Source of the DNA: Candidatus Velthaea sp. | GTDB lineage: Bacteria > Vulcanimicrobiota > Vulcanimicrobiia > Vulcanimicrobiales > Vulcanimicrobiaceae | Length of the DNA stretch: 64,000 nt | Reading direction: 5' to 3' | Assembly (NCBI GenBank): GCA_965214935.1 | Contig: CBDCCS010000022.1 | Coordinates: 352,001 to 416,000, forward strand | Position numbers and translations under genes: made by a program | Shown here: piece after piece, positions 1 through 9,750 of the stretch | Position numbering within the stretch: the first letter of the stretch is position 1 | Layout of the letters: each line of letters opens with the position of its first letter | Notes under the pieces: generated by a model | Databases searched by the model: none | What the model was told of the DNA's origin: nothing | Seen by the model: only the letters and a program-made list of their open reading frames with translations

Positions 1-1
1 C

Positions 2-1321
2 ATCGAGCGGCTATTCGACTCGCCGCTGCTTGCCGGTGCCAACCTGACGACCGTTGCGCTAGCGCCGGCAGCCGAACTCGATGTAGCGAGCGACTCACCG
101 TCACCGGTCGTTATCGAAAGCGCGGTACGGACGCATTTCGGCAAGCTTGTCGCCGAGGCGCAAGCGCTGTTCGGCGCGCATCACTGGCGCGCGCCATATC
201 GCTTCCTCGTCAGCGCTACGGATGCCATCGGTTACACCGGTCTCGAGCATCATGAGTCGAGTTGGAACGGCGTCGACACATCGACCTTAGCAACGTCGGC
301 GGCAACGAAACGCTTTGCCGGAGATTTGCTTTGCCATGAGTTCGTCCACTCATGGAACGGAAAATACCGGCGCCCCGCCGGCCTCGTGCGCGCCGATTAT
401 CAGTCCGATGAAACAACCGATCTGCTGTGGGTCTACGAAGGCCTGACCGAATACTATAGCGATGTGCTCGCCGTACGGGCGGGCTTTTGGACGCCGGCTG
501 AATATCGGGCTGCGCTGGCGGCAAAGTACGCCTATCTTGATACCGAGACCGGCCGCGCGACGCGTTCGCTGGCCGATACGACGTTTCAAGCTCGATTGAG
601 TGCGGGCCGCGCCGCGTTCCCGGGAGCGCGACGGTCGGGCGAAGAGTACTACGACGAAGGCGAACTCATGTGGCTCGACGCCGACACGCTCATTCGCGAA
701 CGGTCGCATGGACGCCGTTCGCTCGACGATTTCGCCGCCGCCTTTTTCGGCGGCACGGACGGACCGCCGGCGGTCGTTTCTTACACGCGTGCCGACGTCG
801 TCGCTGCGCTCAACACGGTTGCGCCGAACGATTGGGAGGGCTTCCTGGCCGCGCGGCTCGACCGACCGACGATGCATCCGCCGCTCGGCGGCATCGTGCG
901 CGGCGGCTATCGGCTGAACTTTGAAGCGAAGCCGGCGGTCAGCAATCCGTCGATGCGCATCGGCGGCTCGGAGAACGATCTGCGTTACAGCTTGGGCGCA
1001 CGCGTATCGGAATCAGGTGCCGTTACCGACGTCATCGGGGGAAGCCCGGCTGCGCTCGGCGGACTCGTTCCGGGAATGACGCTTGTCGCGGTTGACGACC
1101 GGCGCTACAGCCAATCCGAACTGACCGCGGCGATCGCCGGCGCGGCAACGACGCGCCGGCCGATCGCGCTACTCGTCAACGATCGCCAAACGTTCGAAAC
1201 GAAAAGCATTGAGTATACCGGCGGAGCGCGTTTTCCGATTCTGGCGCGCAGCCCCGGAAGTGAACCGATTATCGACGCGATCACCCAACCGCGGCTCGCG
1301 GTGCGCCGCGCCGGCAAGTAA
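2..1321 (+). CDS. M61 family (glycyl aminopeptidase-like) metallopeptidase with C-terminal PDZ domain; 5' end lies outside the window
   Basis: Frame open from position 2 (IERLFDSPLLAG...). GLEH motif, HEFVHSWNGK zinc motif and LLWVYEGLTEY. C-terminal PDZ-like segment (GSPAALGGLVPGMTLVAVD). Confidence 0.88.
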   Translation: MERLFDSPLLAGANLTTVALAPAAELDVASDSPSPVVIESAVRTHFGKLVAEAQALFGAHHWRAPYRFLVSATDAIGYTGLEHHESSWNGVDTSTLATSAATKRFAGDLLCHEFVHSWNGKYRRPAGLVRADYQSDETTDLLWVYEGLTEYYSDVLAVRAGFWTPAEYRAALAAKYAYLDTETGRATRSLADTTFQARLSAGRAAFPGARRSGEEYYDEGELMWLDADTLIRERSHGRRSLDDFAAAFFGGTDGPPAVVSYTRADVVAALNTVAPNDWEGFLAARLDRPTMHPPLGGIVRGGYRLNFEAKPAVSNPSMRIGGSENDLRYSLGARVSESGAVTDVIGGSPAALGGLVPGMTLVAVDDRRYSQSELTAAIAGAATTRRPIALLVNDRQTFETKSIEYTGGARFPILARSPGSEPIIDAITQPRLAVRRAGK

Positions 1322-1353
1322 CACCGCAAACGCCCGTTCTCAAGCTAACGAAA

Positions 1354-2154
1354 GTGACGCTTTTGCTGATTCATCCGCTCGATGCTGCCGCCTCGGTTCC
1401 CGACGTTACCACGTATTTCGACGTCTATGCAGAACGAAGTTTGAGCGCACGACAACGCTTCGGCGTTCAACGAAATCTCGCGTACGGCGCCAGTCCCATC
1501 GAAAGCCTCGACTTCTTTTCAGCCGGCGCAGGCACGCCGCTGGCGGTATTTTTTCACGGCGGTTATTGGCGTCGGCGCGACAAAGACGACTTCTCGTTCA
1601 TTGCAAACGGCTTGATTCCTAACGGAATATCTTTTGCGTCGGTCAACTACGGTCTGGCGCCTGAAACGCGCTTAGCGGAGATCGTCGAACAATGTCGCCG
1701 GGCCGTTACCTGGGTGTATGCCAATGCAGCAACGCTCGATGTCGATTCCGAGCGCATAAGCGTATTCGGTCATTCGGCCGGCGGTCATCTCAGCGCGATG
1801 ACGGCCGTGACGCTGCCGGTCCATGCACTCGTAACGATCAGCGGATTGCACGACCTCATCCCCGTGCAGCAGTCATTCGTTAATGAGTGGCTCCGGCTGT
1901 CCGAGCACGAGGCGCGTGAACTCAGCCCGATTGCGTATCGCCCCGCGCACGGCTGCCGGGTGTATGCAACGACCGGTGCACTCGAATCGCCCGATTTTCG
2001 AGCGCAAGGCCGTTCGCTCGTCGACGCCTGGTCAGTCTATGGTCTCGAGGCCCGTTACGAAGATTCGCCCGGCGACAATCATTTCAGCATCTGTCATCGC
2101 CTCGCCGATCCAAGCGATCCGCTCACGCAAACGATCGTCTCAATGACACGGTAG
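1354..2154 (+). CDS. alpha/beta hydrolase, arylformamidase (kynurenine formamidase)-like
   Basis: HGGYW oxyanion motif, GHSAGG nucleophile elbow, C-terminal DNHF His. Confidence 0.8.
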   Translation: MTLLLIHPLDAAASVPDVTTYFDVYAERSLSARQRFGVQRNLAYGASPIESLDFFSAGAGTPLAVFFHGGYWRRRDKDDFSFIANGLIPNGISFASVNYGLAPETRLAEIVEQCRRAVTWVYANAATLDVDSERISVFGHSAGGHLSAMTAVTLPVHALVTISGLHDLIPVQQSFVNEWLRLSEHEARELSPIAYRPAHGCRVYATTGALESPDFRAQGRSLVDAWSVYGLEARYEDSPGDNHFSICHRLADPSDPLTQTIVSMTR

Positions 2155-2815
2155 CGACACGGATACACCGGCAAGCGCGTAGCTTGCGCGTCGCCCCGGC
2201 GTGCAATCATCGCGGACGACGTTTGCAAAGTGTCATTCATATGGGTGCGGAGCGCTCAGCTCGTGGGAACCGGCGTACACGTTGGCGACGAAACGCATGA
2301 TTTCGCACGCGCTCACCTATCGAGCACCGACGATTCGGTGCGCTAGCGGTTTGAACCGAACGATCGCCGTCGTGCATCGGCAAATAGCGAGAAGTCGCTG
2401 TAACGCCGCGCGTTTGACGACCGTTCCATCCGCAACGAGTTTCAAGAGCTGCACAAAGCCGACCAACTCATCTTAGCTCGTTGCCTAATTGTGAGTGCGA
2501 GCGACGGACGGCGCGATGCGAGCAGTTAGATCCGATTAAACTTGTTTTCGTTGATTTAAGAAAAATTTTGCCGAAGACGTTAACAGTAGCAAACTCTGCA
2601 ACAATATTATTTAACGCTTCCTTATGCTTTCAAGGAACGCTTAATATGCGTTGCTAACTCGCTCGCTTTTTCGTAATCCATTACGAGCGCCTCGTTACAC
2701 GAGCTTAATTTTTCGTTCGAACGCTCTGCTTGCAATTCGCTTTTCGACGATGCTAAATTGATCTCGCTTGAATTAATTGAGCTTGCACGTCTGATAAATA
2801 AATCGGAGTTAATGA

Positions 2816-3379
2816 ATGATAAATAAACTACTGATAAGAGCATCGCTGCTGTTAAGCGTTCTGCTAGTAAGCTTGCCTGCGATTGCTGCGACGACGCCGA
2901 AGACGGCACATGCTGCGCTGAACATTGCCGGAAGTAAAAGTCTTGCCGGTGCCAGCGGCACCCGAATCCGACAATTCAGTACGATACGCGCGGACGTTCT
3001 GCTCATCGATGACGGTACGAATTTGACTGTAAACGGACAAGGCGTCGGATTCAACGCATCGCTATCGTACACGTCGTTTTTTTACGGTACGGGATCGGTG
3101 CAATACGGATCGCTGGCTTGCATTCCGCCCAACCCGAACAATCTTACAGCAACGCAGATGATTACCGCCTATTGGTTACCGGTCGGCAGCACACGGCGAA
3201 CCTTGACGGTGGTGAAGACCGGCGCGTCGTACGTTCCATTGTCGGCAATCGGCACGATGTCCGTGCGGTACGACAGCACGCCGACGCTTCCGTTAGCGAC
3301 CAATCTCAACCCTGGTCGGTATTGGCTCAACTCATGCGGATCGATCTATTCCTTTAGCGACGCCCAAGCAAAGAAATGA
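2816..3379 (+). CDS. secreted hypothetical protein (187 aa, Sec signal peptide, two Cys)
   Basis: GGAG upstream. N-terminus MINKLLIRASLLLSVLLVSLPAIAA is a typical signal peptide. Stop overlaps the next ATG (ATGA). Confidence 0.75.
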   Translation: MINKLLIRASLLLSVLLVSLPAIAATTPKTAHAALNIAGSKSLAGASGTRIRQFSTIRADVLLIDDGTNLTVNGQGVGFNASLSYTSFFYGTGSVQYGSLACIPPNPNNLTATQMITAYWLPVGSTRRTLTVVKTGASYVPLSAIGTMSVRYDSTPTLPLATNLNPGRYWLNSCGSIYSFSDAQAKK

Positions 3380-4875
3380 CGTTTCGGCTGCCGAGCCTAG
3401 CACTTGCGGCTTGGGTCATCGTATGCAGCTTTCCGCCGGCCGCGCGCGCGCAGCCGGCGGATCCGCTCGCGGGTGAAACGGTTGTCGCTATTTGGAATGA
3501 GGCGACGCTCGAAGCGATACGTGAGGCGAGTATACCGGCGCCGATTGCCGCGCGCGCACTTGCGATCGTTAATACGGCGATGTACGACGCATGGTCGGCT
3601 TACGATAGCGCCGCGATCGGCACGGACGGCACCGCACGCCTCAAACGGTTGGTGCGCATGCATGACGAACGGCACATGCAGCGGGCGATTGCAATCGCCG
3701 CCTTTTATGCCCTACGCGATGTCTGCGCGGTGCCGATGGCGGACACGACACTGGCGCAAACCGGGCAACCACTGGGACAGGGCGACGAAGCAGAACGGAT
3801 CGGACAAGCGGCCGCCGCCGCCGTTCTTGCCACACGCCATAACGACGGCTCGAATCAGCTCGGCGATCGCCACGCCGGATTTTATTCCGACTACACGGCA
3901 TATCACGCGGTCAACACGCCCGAACGTGTAGCCGATCCCAATCATTGGCAACCGCTGCTTGTTTACCACGAAGACGGCTCGTTCCGCACGCAACATTTCT
4001 TGGTACCGCAATGGGGTGATGTTCGCCCGTTTGCAGCAGACATTCACCGTTTGACGGCCGCGCTTGACGCGCCCGCGCATGTTGGTGAAGCGAAATTTCA
4101 GCAGCAAGCGCAAGACCTGCTCGACATTAGTGCACAGCTCACCGATCGCCAAAAGGCCATAGCCGAGTACTGGTCCGACGGGATGATGACCGATTCTCCG
4201 CCCGGGCACTGGATGCGTTTCGGCATTTGGATCTCGAAGCGCGACCGGCATGACGCCGGAACCGATGCCAGGATGTTCTTCACCCTCTCCAACGCTCTAC
4301 TCGATGCCGGCATACTCTGCTGGCATGTGAAACGGGTCAACGATTCGGAACGGCCGATCACCGCAATTCATGCGCTGTTCGCCGGCCGAACCGTTCGCGC
4401 ATGGGCGGGACCCGGAAAAGGAACAGCTGCAATCGATGGAGCCGCCTGGCAGCCGTATCAGCCTCCCGAGGTCGTCACACCGGCCTTTCCTGAATTCTTC
4501 TCCGGTCATAGTACCTTTAGTGCAGCTGCCGCCGAAGTGTTGCGCCGTTTTACCGGCAGCGATCGCTTCGGTGCCTCGTATACGCAATTACCCGGCACCT
4601 CGATCGTCGATCCGGGTGAGCCGCGACGTCCGGTAACGCTGGCCTGGGCAACGTTTTCGCAAGCCGCCGATGAGGCCGGGATGTCGCGTCGCTACGGCGG
4701 CATTCACTTTGAGGACGCGGATCTCGCAGGCCGGCGGTCGGGCCGCGCCGTCGGCGCTGCGGCGTACGACCGCGCTCACGCTTTTATCACCGGCACCATC
4801 GAGAACGGCGCGCCCGGAATGCTGGCCGTCGAACGCGATTCCGTCAAAACGAAGCGTGCCGTACAGGCACCGTAA
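3376..4875 (+). CDS. secreted vanadium-dependent haloperoxidase / PAP2-superfamily protein
   Basis: Signal peptide. Vanadate/phosphate-binding motifs K-x6-RP (WHVKRVNDSERP), FPEFFSGHS and SRRYGGIHF. N-terminal helical domain AIVNTAMYDAW. Confidence 0.85.
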   Translation: MTFRLPSLALAAWVIVCSFPPAARAQPADPLAGETVVAIWNEATLEAIREASIPAPIAARALAIVNTAMYDAWSAYDSAAIGTDGTARLKRLVRMHDERHMQRAIAIAAFYALRDVCAVPMADTTLAQTGQPLGQGDEAERIGQAAAAAVLATRHNDGSNQLGDRHAGFYSDYTAYHAVNTPERVADPNHWQPLLVYHEDGSFRTQHFLVPQWGDVRPFAADIHRLTAALDAPAHVGEAKFQQQAQDLLDISAQLTDRQKAIAEYWSDGMMTDSPPGHWMRFGIWISKRDRHDAGTDARMFFTLSNALLDAGILCWHVKRVNDSERPITAIHALFAGRTVRAWAGPGKGTAAIDGAAWQPYQPPEVVTPAFPEFFSGHSTFSAAAAEVLRRFTGSDRFGASYTQLPGTSIVDPGEPRRPVTLAWATFSQAADEAGMSRRYGGIHFEDADLAGRRSGRAVGAAAYDRAHAFITGTIENGAPGMLAVERDSVKTKRAVQAP

Positions 4876-4919
4876 GAAACGACGAACCCGAACGCTCGCG
4901 CGTGCAATACGAAATGAGA

Positions 4920-4941
4920 GCGGACAGCTAGAGCTGTCCGC
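4920..4941. terminator. GC-rich inverted repeat between convergent genes
   Basis: GCGGACAGCT-AG-AGCTGTCCGC is a perfect 10-bp inverted repeat. No U-tract. Confidence 0.4.
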
Positions 4942-5563
4942 GCGCGGAAAGTACGGCAATCCAGATATACTAGATGCTTTGAGCAATAAAGATAGCCATC
5001 ACTGTCTGCAGTGTCAGGTACGAACCGGCGACCGCCGGTAGCGTAACGGTCACGCCGGCGCAAGTGCGCCCGGATCGCGGGCAAGATCGAGCGACCACGC
5101 GGCAATTGCGATTGCCATCGCAACGACGCCGAATGCGGTCATCACGTCGACTGATACCGAGCAAGCCGTGAGCACGTTCATAGCCGCATCTTGCGACGGC
5201 GCGAAAGCTGCGGCGAAACGTGCAGCGAGCCGCGGAATGACAAAACCATCGACGCGGCCCGCGGCCAATAGTGCACCGAACCCGAGGCTGAAGAGGATCA
5301 GCCCGGTGATGACCGGCCAGCGTGAAAGTCCCCGGCCGCGTGCATAATTTACGAAAGCGACGAGCAGCGCACTTAGCAGCAGCAGCAACGTTCCATGCAC
5401 GAGCATGTCGCGCACCCCGAGCGTCATTATTTCGCGCAACGCCGCCTGCGGTGCCGTGATGCCCGATCACGTGCGGATGCAGCGCGAGGGCGATGATCCC
5501 AAGCAGTGCCGCGCCGGCAGTCGAACCAGCTGCGCGCAGGACAGCGCCGCGTCTAGCTACCAT
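4928..5563 (-). pseudogene. multi-pass membrane protein pseudogene
   Basis: Hydrophobic segments are split across frames: MVARR...ALHPHVIG, shift near 5455 to PQAALREIMTLGVRDMLVHG...WSLDLARD, shift near 5060 to ...VMAIFIAQSI*YIWIAVLSARGQL*, with an in-frame TAG at 4970-4972. Confidence 0.7.
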
Positions 5564-5661
5564 GCTTGCAACGTTAGCACGGTCGCGGCTATTGCTTATG
5601 GAACACGAACCGACGTTGTCCGGAGACGGACCATAAGCGGAGCGTGTCTGGAGAACAGACG

Positions 5662-6456
5662 ATGCGCGCCCCGACTCGCCCCGACCGCCGCGTCAACAGA
5701 ACGCGGGCACTGCTGCTCGCCTCCTTCGATCGTCTCTTCTTGACGCGCGGCTATAACGACGTTCGCGTGCGCGGCCTTACCGCGAACGCCGACGTCGGCC
5801 GCTCGACCTTTTACGAGCATTTCGAGGGCAAGGAAGAGCTGCTCGAACACAGCGTCGCGCGGGTGATGACGCAGCTCGCCGCGACGACGGCAAGCGGTGC
5901 GTTCGAAGATGCGTTGATCCACGTTTGCACGCAACGCTCGCTCGCAGGCGAACTCATGCAAGGCTCGGCCCGGGCAATCGTCGTGCGCGTGCTTGCCCGC
6001 AAACTCGAAGCTTATCTTACGGACGATGCCCGACGTTCCGCTGCCGTGCCGATCGCTCCGCTGCCGTTTCTCGCCGTATCGCTAGCGCACGCGCAGCTTG
6101 AAGCAGTCGACGCGTGGCTGAGCGACGACGGTTCGTGTGATGCGCGAACCGCCGCACCCGTGTTGAAGGCACCACACGTGCTGCCGTGGCAGCAATGTTT
6201 CACGCGAGCGGCTGGCGCCGACGCAAGCGGTTCCGTCACGGCGTCATTACGCGCCGGCGTACCCGGTATGCGCGACTGCATGACGACCGTCCGATCGCGA
6301 GCCGTCAACAGTCGACCCGACGCTCGACGACTCCTGGGCCGCCGCCTGCGTTCGATGCGCGACGTCCTTGGTGCGATGCTAGCGCCTGCGGCCGGCCGGA
6401 CCATCGCCGCTTTTGCGCAGTGCCCGGGTCCTAGGTCTCCGTTTGTCTCGGCTTGA
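5662..6456 (+). CDS. TetR/AcrR family regulator, 3' end probably frameshifted near 6170
   Basis: GGAG RBS then ATG 5662. DRRVNRTR...ADVGRSTFYEHFEGKEELL HTH. The helical pattern continues in another frame after LKA (TTRAAVAAMF) and the in-frame tail looks non-coding. Confidence 0.72.
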   Translation: MRAPTRPDRRVNRTRALLLASFDRLFLTRGYNDVRVRGLTANADVGRSTFYEHFEGKEELLEHSVARVMTQLAATTASGAFEDALIHVCTQRSLAGELMQGSARAIVVRVLARKLEAYLTDDARRSAAVPIAPLPFLAVSLAHAQLEAVDAWLSDDGSCDARTAAPVLKAPHVLPWQQCFTRAAGADASGSVTASLRAGVPGMRDCMTTVRSRAVNSRPDARRLLGRRLRSMRDVLGAMLAPAAGRTIAAFAQCPGPRSPFVSA

Positions 6457-6641
6457 GCAAGAGTATCTTCAGCGGATATTGCCGGCGCCGCATCTCGAAT
6501 TGCAGGCGCTGGATCGCGATCGGGCGTGATGTCCACTGTATGTCTCGGGGGTAACGAAATCGCGGTTGAGCGTGTTGGTTTCGGCTAGAAATTACCGGCT
6601 ATTGCGCATCATTTGACGCTCGGCCCGCTCGACTACAGCGA

Positions 6642-6824
6642 CTATGATGGTCGAGATTGCCGCCGCATGCGAATCCAGCGATAGGCGAAAAAAATGTTGA
6701 GTAAACACAAGACGATCGCGATAACCGCCCACAGCGTGTCATGATTTTGAATCGCCCAAAAGCACAAGACACCAAATAAAATAGCGGTGTTTACCGGGAT
6801 GATCCAAGCTTGTTTTTTTAACAT
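6642..6824 (-). CDS. small two-TM membrane protein (60 aa) directly after nuoN
   Basis: ATG 6 bp after the nuoN stop, two hydrophobic helices, basic C-tail. Confidence 0.6.
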   Translation of the reverse strand: MLKKQAWIIPVNTAILFGVLCFWAIQNHDTLWAVIAIVLCLLNIFFAYRWIRMRRQSRPS

Positions 6825-6830
6825 TGGCGC

Positions 6831-8267
6831 TTATTTTACGACCGGAATAATGTCACTTGGTGCGAGCGGATAGATGCCGAGCGCGAACGTTGCAGCAGCG
6901 CACACGGCAACCGATATCCACGGTAAGGGGTTTGCCGAACGTTCATCGCGCACGTGCGCGAGATCGACGCGCACGAACATGGCGCGGACGATCTTAAAAT
7001 ACACGTAGACCGAGATTGCCGTCCCGGCGATTAATAACACTGCAAGCCACCAGAAACCGGCCCCCACGGAACTTGCAAGGATGAGGATCTTGCCGGTGAA
7101 GCCGGCCGTCGGCGGCAAGCCTGAAAGCGCCAGCAGGAAAAACGTCATCGCTGCCGCGAGCCACGGGCGGCGATACGCTAAGCCTGCGAAGCGCGCAATA
7201 TTCACGCTGCCGTCCGCATCCTTGGTCATCAATGCGATGACCCCAAAGGCGCCCAGATTCATAAACGTGTATGCGCCGAGATAGAACACGGCGTAGCGCA
7301 AGCCGAGCGGCGTTTGGCCCGCGAATGCGGCAACGACATAGCCGATCTGCGCGATGCCGGAATACGCCAGGAGCCGTTTCATATCGCTTTGTGCAAGTGC
7401 CGCGACGTTGCCGACGATCATCGACAACGCGGCGATGGCCCAAATCGGGGCCAAGATTGCGGTCGCCGTGGTCGGCGGAAGCGCAGCATACGCAAAGCGG
7501 CCGAGCACCGCGAGAACGCCGGCTTTGGTGACGACCGACATATACGCGGTTACCGAAAGCGGCGCGCCTTCATAGACGTCCGGCGTCCAGGCGTGAAACG
7601 GAACCATACTGAGTTTGAACGCGAGGCCGACGAAGAAAAGACCCGCGCCGATCGCTATGAGCGCCGAAGGCGGCGCTGCAGCGATCGCCGCCAACGTCAC
7701 GGAGCCGGTTCCGCCGAACAGCAACGCCATTCCGTAAAGCAAAAAGCCCGACGCCATCGACGACAGCAACAAATACTTGAGACCCGACTCGCGCGCGCCG
7801 GCGCGGATCGACATCGCACACAGACAGTAGAGGCCGAGCGACAATAATTCGAGCCCGAGGAAAACCAGCATCAAGTTGCCGGCGCCCGCCATGAGCAGCG
7901 CGCCGCACGTGCTCCAGAGCATAAGAGCCGTCGTTCCGGCGACTTGATCGTCGCGGCCGATGCCGATGCCCAGCGCAAGTGAAACAATCGTCGCGAAGAT
8001 AGCGATCGCGCTGAAAACAACGCTGAAGCCGCCGACAATGTAGGCGCCGCCGAAAGCAGCGTATGGATGACCGTATTGTTGCGCGATAAGAATGCCGCCG
8101 ATGACGAGACCCAACATTGCGATTCCGACGGCAACGACGCGCCGGTTCCGCCCGGTCGGCACGAACAGATCGACGACGAGAGCAACGAGCGCCGCAACGG
8201 CGATAATGAATGTCGGCCAGAGTGCGCCGACGTCGGCGGAGCTAACGTACGGAACTGACGACGGCAT
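6831..8267 (-). CDS. nuoN: NADH-quinone oxidoreductase subunit N
   Basis: LGLELLSL, FKLSMVPFHAWTPDVYEGAP, KRLLAYS motifs; operon position. Confidence 0.96.
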   Translation of the reverse strand: MPSSVPYVSSADVGALWPTFIIAVAALVALVVDLFVPTGRNRRVVAVGIAMLGLVIGGILIAQQYGHPYAAFGGAYIVGGFSVVFSAIAIFATIVSLALGIGIGRDDQVAGTTALMLWSTCGALLMAGAGNLMLVFLGLELLSLGLYCLCAMSIRAGARESGLKYLLLSSMASGFLLYGMALLFGGTGSVTLAAIAAAPPSALIAIGAGLFFVGLAFKLSMVPFHAWTPDVYEGAPLSVTAYMSVVTKAGVLAVLGRFAYAALPPTTATAILAPIWAIAALSMIVGNVAALAQSDMKRLLAYSGIAQIGYVVAAFAGQTPLGLRYAVFYLGAYTFMNLGAFGVIALMTKDADGSVNIARFAGLAYRRPWLAAAMTFFLLALSGLPPTAGFTGKILILASSVGAGFWWLAVLLIAGTAISVYVYFKIVRAMFVRVDLAHVRDERSANPLPWISVAVCAAATFALGIYPLAPSDIIPVVK

Positions 8268-9750
8268 TCAAACCTTCTTGCATGCGAGGAGCAGACGGCG
8301 GGTCGAGCAAGACGCTCGCACCGGTCAACGCGGCAGCGGCGCTTTGAGCGATTGCCGCGACCGGTGCCGGATTGATGCCCAGCAAGATAAAACCGATGAC
8401 CAGCGGCGCGATCGCCAACCCTTCGATCCAGGTGAGATCGCGGCGTTCGGGCAGATCGGCGACCTTCGGCCCATTCATGATCCCTTGAAATAGCCGCAGC
8501 ATGTACGCCGCCGCGATAACGATCGGGATCAGCGCGACGAATGCCGCACTGCCGAAGCCGGCTTGATACAAGCCGGAGAGGATCAGCAACTCGCCGGCAA
8601 AACCGGCAAGTCCCGGTAAGCCCAGCGCTGCAAGCGCAGCGAACATTAATGCTCCGCCGAGTCGCGGATTATCGTAGGCGAGCCCGCCGAGGCGGTGCAG
8701 CGACCGCGTCTCTTCGCGCTCTTCGACATAGCCGAGAACCAAAAACAGCGCGGCACTGAACAGTCCGTGCGCCACCATGTACACGATCGCACCGGCGATT
8801 GCCAGCGGACTAAAGCTGAAGATTGCGATGAGCATCAACCCGAGATGCGAAAGCGAACTGTACGCAACCACGCGTTTTGCGTCGACTTGCGTGAGCGACG
8901 TCAGTGCGCCGTACAACAAGCCGACCAGCCCGAGCACGAACATCAGCGGGATCGCCGCGTGCATCTGCGGCGCAAATAACGCTAAGCCGATGACGATAAA
9001 CCCGTAAATGCCGGCTTTTGATTGCACGCCGCCGACGACCGCCGCGACCGGCGGCGGCAATTCGGCATACGTATCGGGCATCCAGGTATGAAACGGAAAT
9101 ACCGGCGTCTTGACTAGAAACGCAAAAGCAAACCCGCTGAAGACCCAGGCTGCGAATGCCGGATCGATCGGCGGGCCGGCGTTGGGCACACCGATGACAT
9201 CCGTCGTGCCGTGCACGATGCCGAACGCAGCCGTTGCGAGCAGCAGACATAAACCACCGGCAAGATTGTAGATAAGATAACGCCAGGCCGCCGTGCGATG
9301 GCCGCGTCCGCCGGTCGCGCTGCCCCAGCCGATCATCAACAAGAACACCGGCACGAGCATGAGATCCCAAAAGAGCGCGAACAGCAGCAGATCTTTCGCC
9401 AGAAACACGCCGGTCATCGCGCCCATCAACACGAGCATCTGGGCACCGTACTCGCGCGCCCGCGTCGCGCGTAATGCAACGAGTGCACCGAACGTCGCGA
9501 GCTCTAAGAGGATGACGAGCCAATACGAGAACGGACCGAACCCAAAGTGAAACCAAGCATCGAACGGACGTGAGAGCCAGTGCACGCTATCGTCGGGCGC
9601 ATGCGCACCGCCGATCGTTACAATAAACGCCAGCGCCGCAACGCCGGCGCCGATCCACTTTGCCGTTCCATCCGCGGCTTTCGGCAGTGCGTACAGTAAT
9701 AGACCAATGAAGATCGGAGCGAGCACCAGGACGGTGACGGTGCCGTTCAT
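8242..9750 (-). CDS. nuoM: NADH-quinone oxidoreductase subunit M
   Basis: VKTPVFPFHTWMPD, KRVVAYSSLSHLG, LGLPGLAGFAGE. ATG 9750 overlaps the nuoL stop. Confidence 0.96.
   Translation of the reverse strand: MNGTVTVLVLAPIFIGLLLYALPKAADGTAKWIGAGVAALAFIVTIGGAHAPDDSVHWLSRPFDAWFHFGFGPFSYWLVILLELATFGALVALRATRAREYGAQMLVLMGAMTGVFLAKDLLLFALFWDLMLVPVFLLMIGWGSATGGRGHRTAAWRYLIYNLAGGLCLLLATAAFGIVHGTTDVIGVPNAGPPIDPAFAAWVFSGFAFAFLVKTPVFPFHTWMPDTYAELPPPVAAVVGGVQSKAGIYGFIVIGLALFAPQMHAAIPLMFVLGLVGLLYGALTSLTQVDAKRVVAYSSLSHLGLMLIAIFSFSPLAIAGAIVYMVAHGLFSAALFLVLGYVEEREETRSLHRLGGLAYDNPRLGGALMFAALAALGLPGLAGFAGELLILSGLYQAGFGSAAFVALIPIVIAAAYMLRLFQGIMNGPKVADLPERRDLTWIEGLAIAPLVIGFILLGINPAPVAAIAQSAAAALTGASVLLDPPSAPRMQEGLNAVVSSVR

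Noticed and set aside
6012..6536. 174-aa minus-strand ORF (MDITPDRDPAP...)
   Set aside because: No recognisable motif, it overlaps the TetR gene antisense, and it has Arg/Ala/Pro-rich shadow-ORF composition. A short real gene or remnant at 6300-6536 cannot be excluded.
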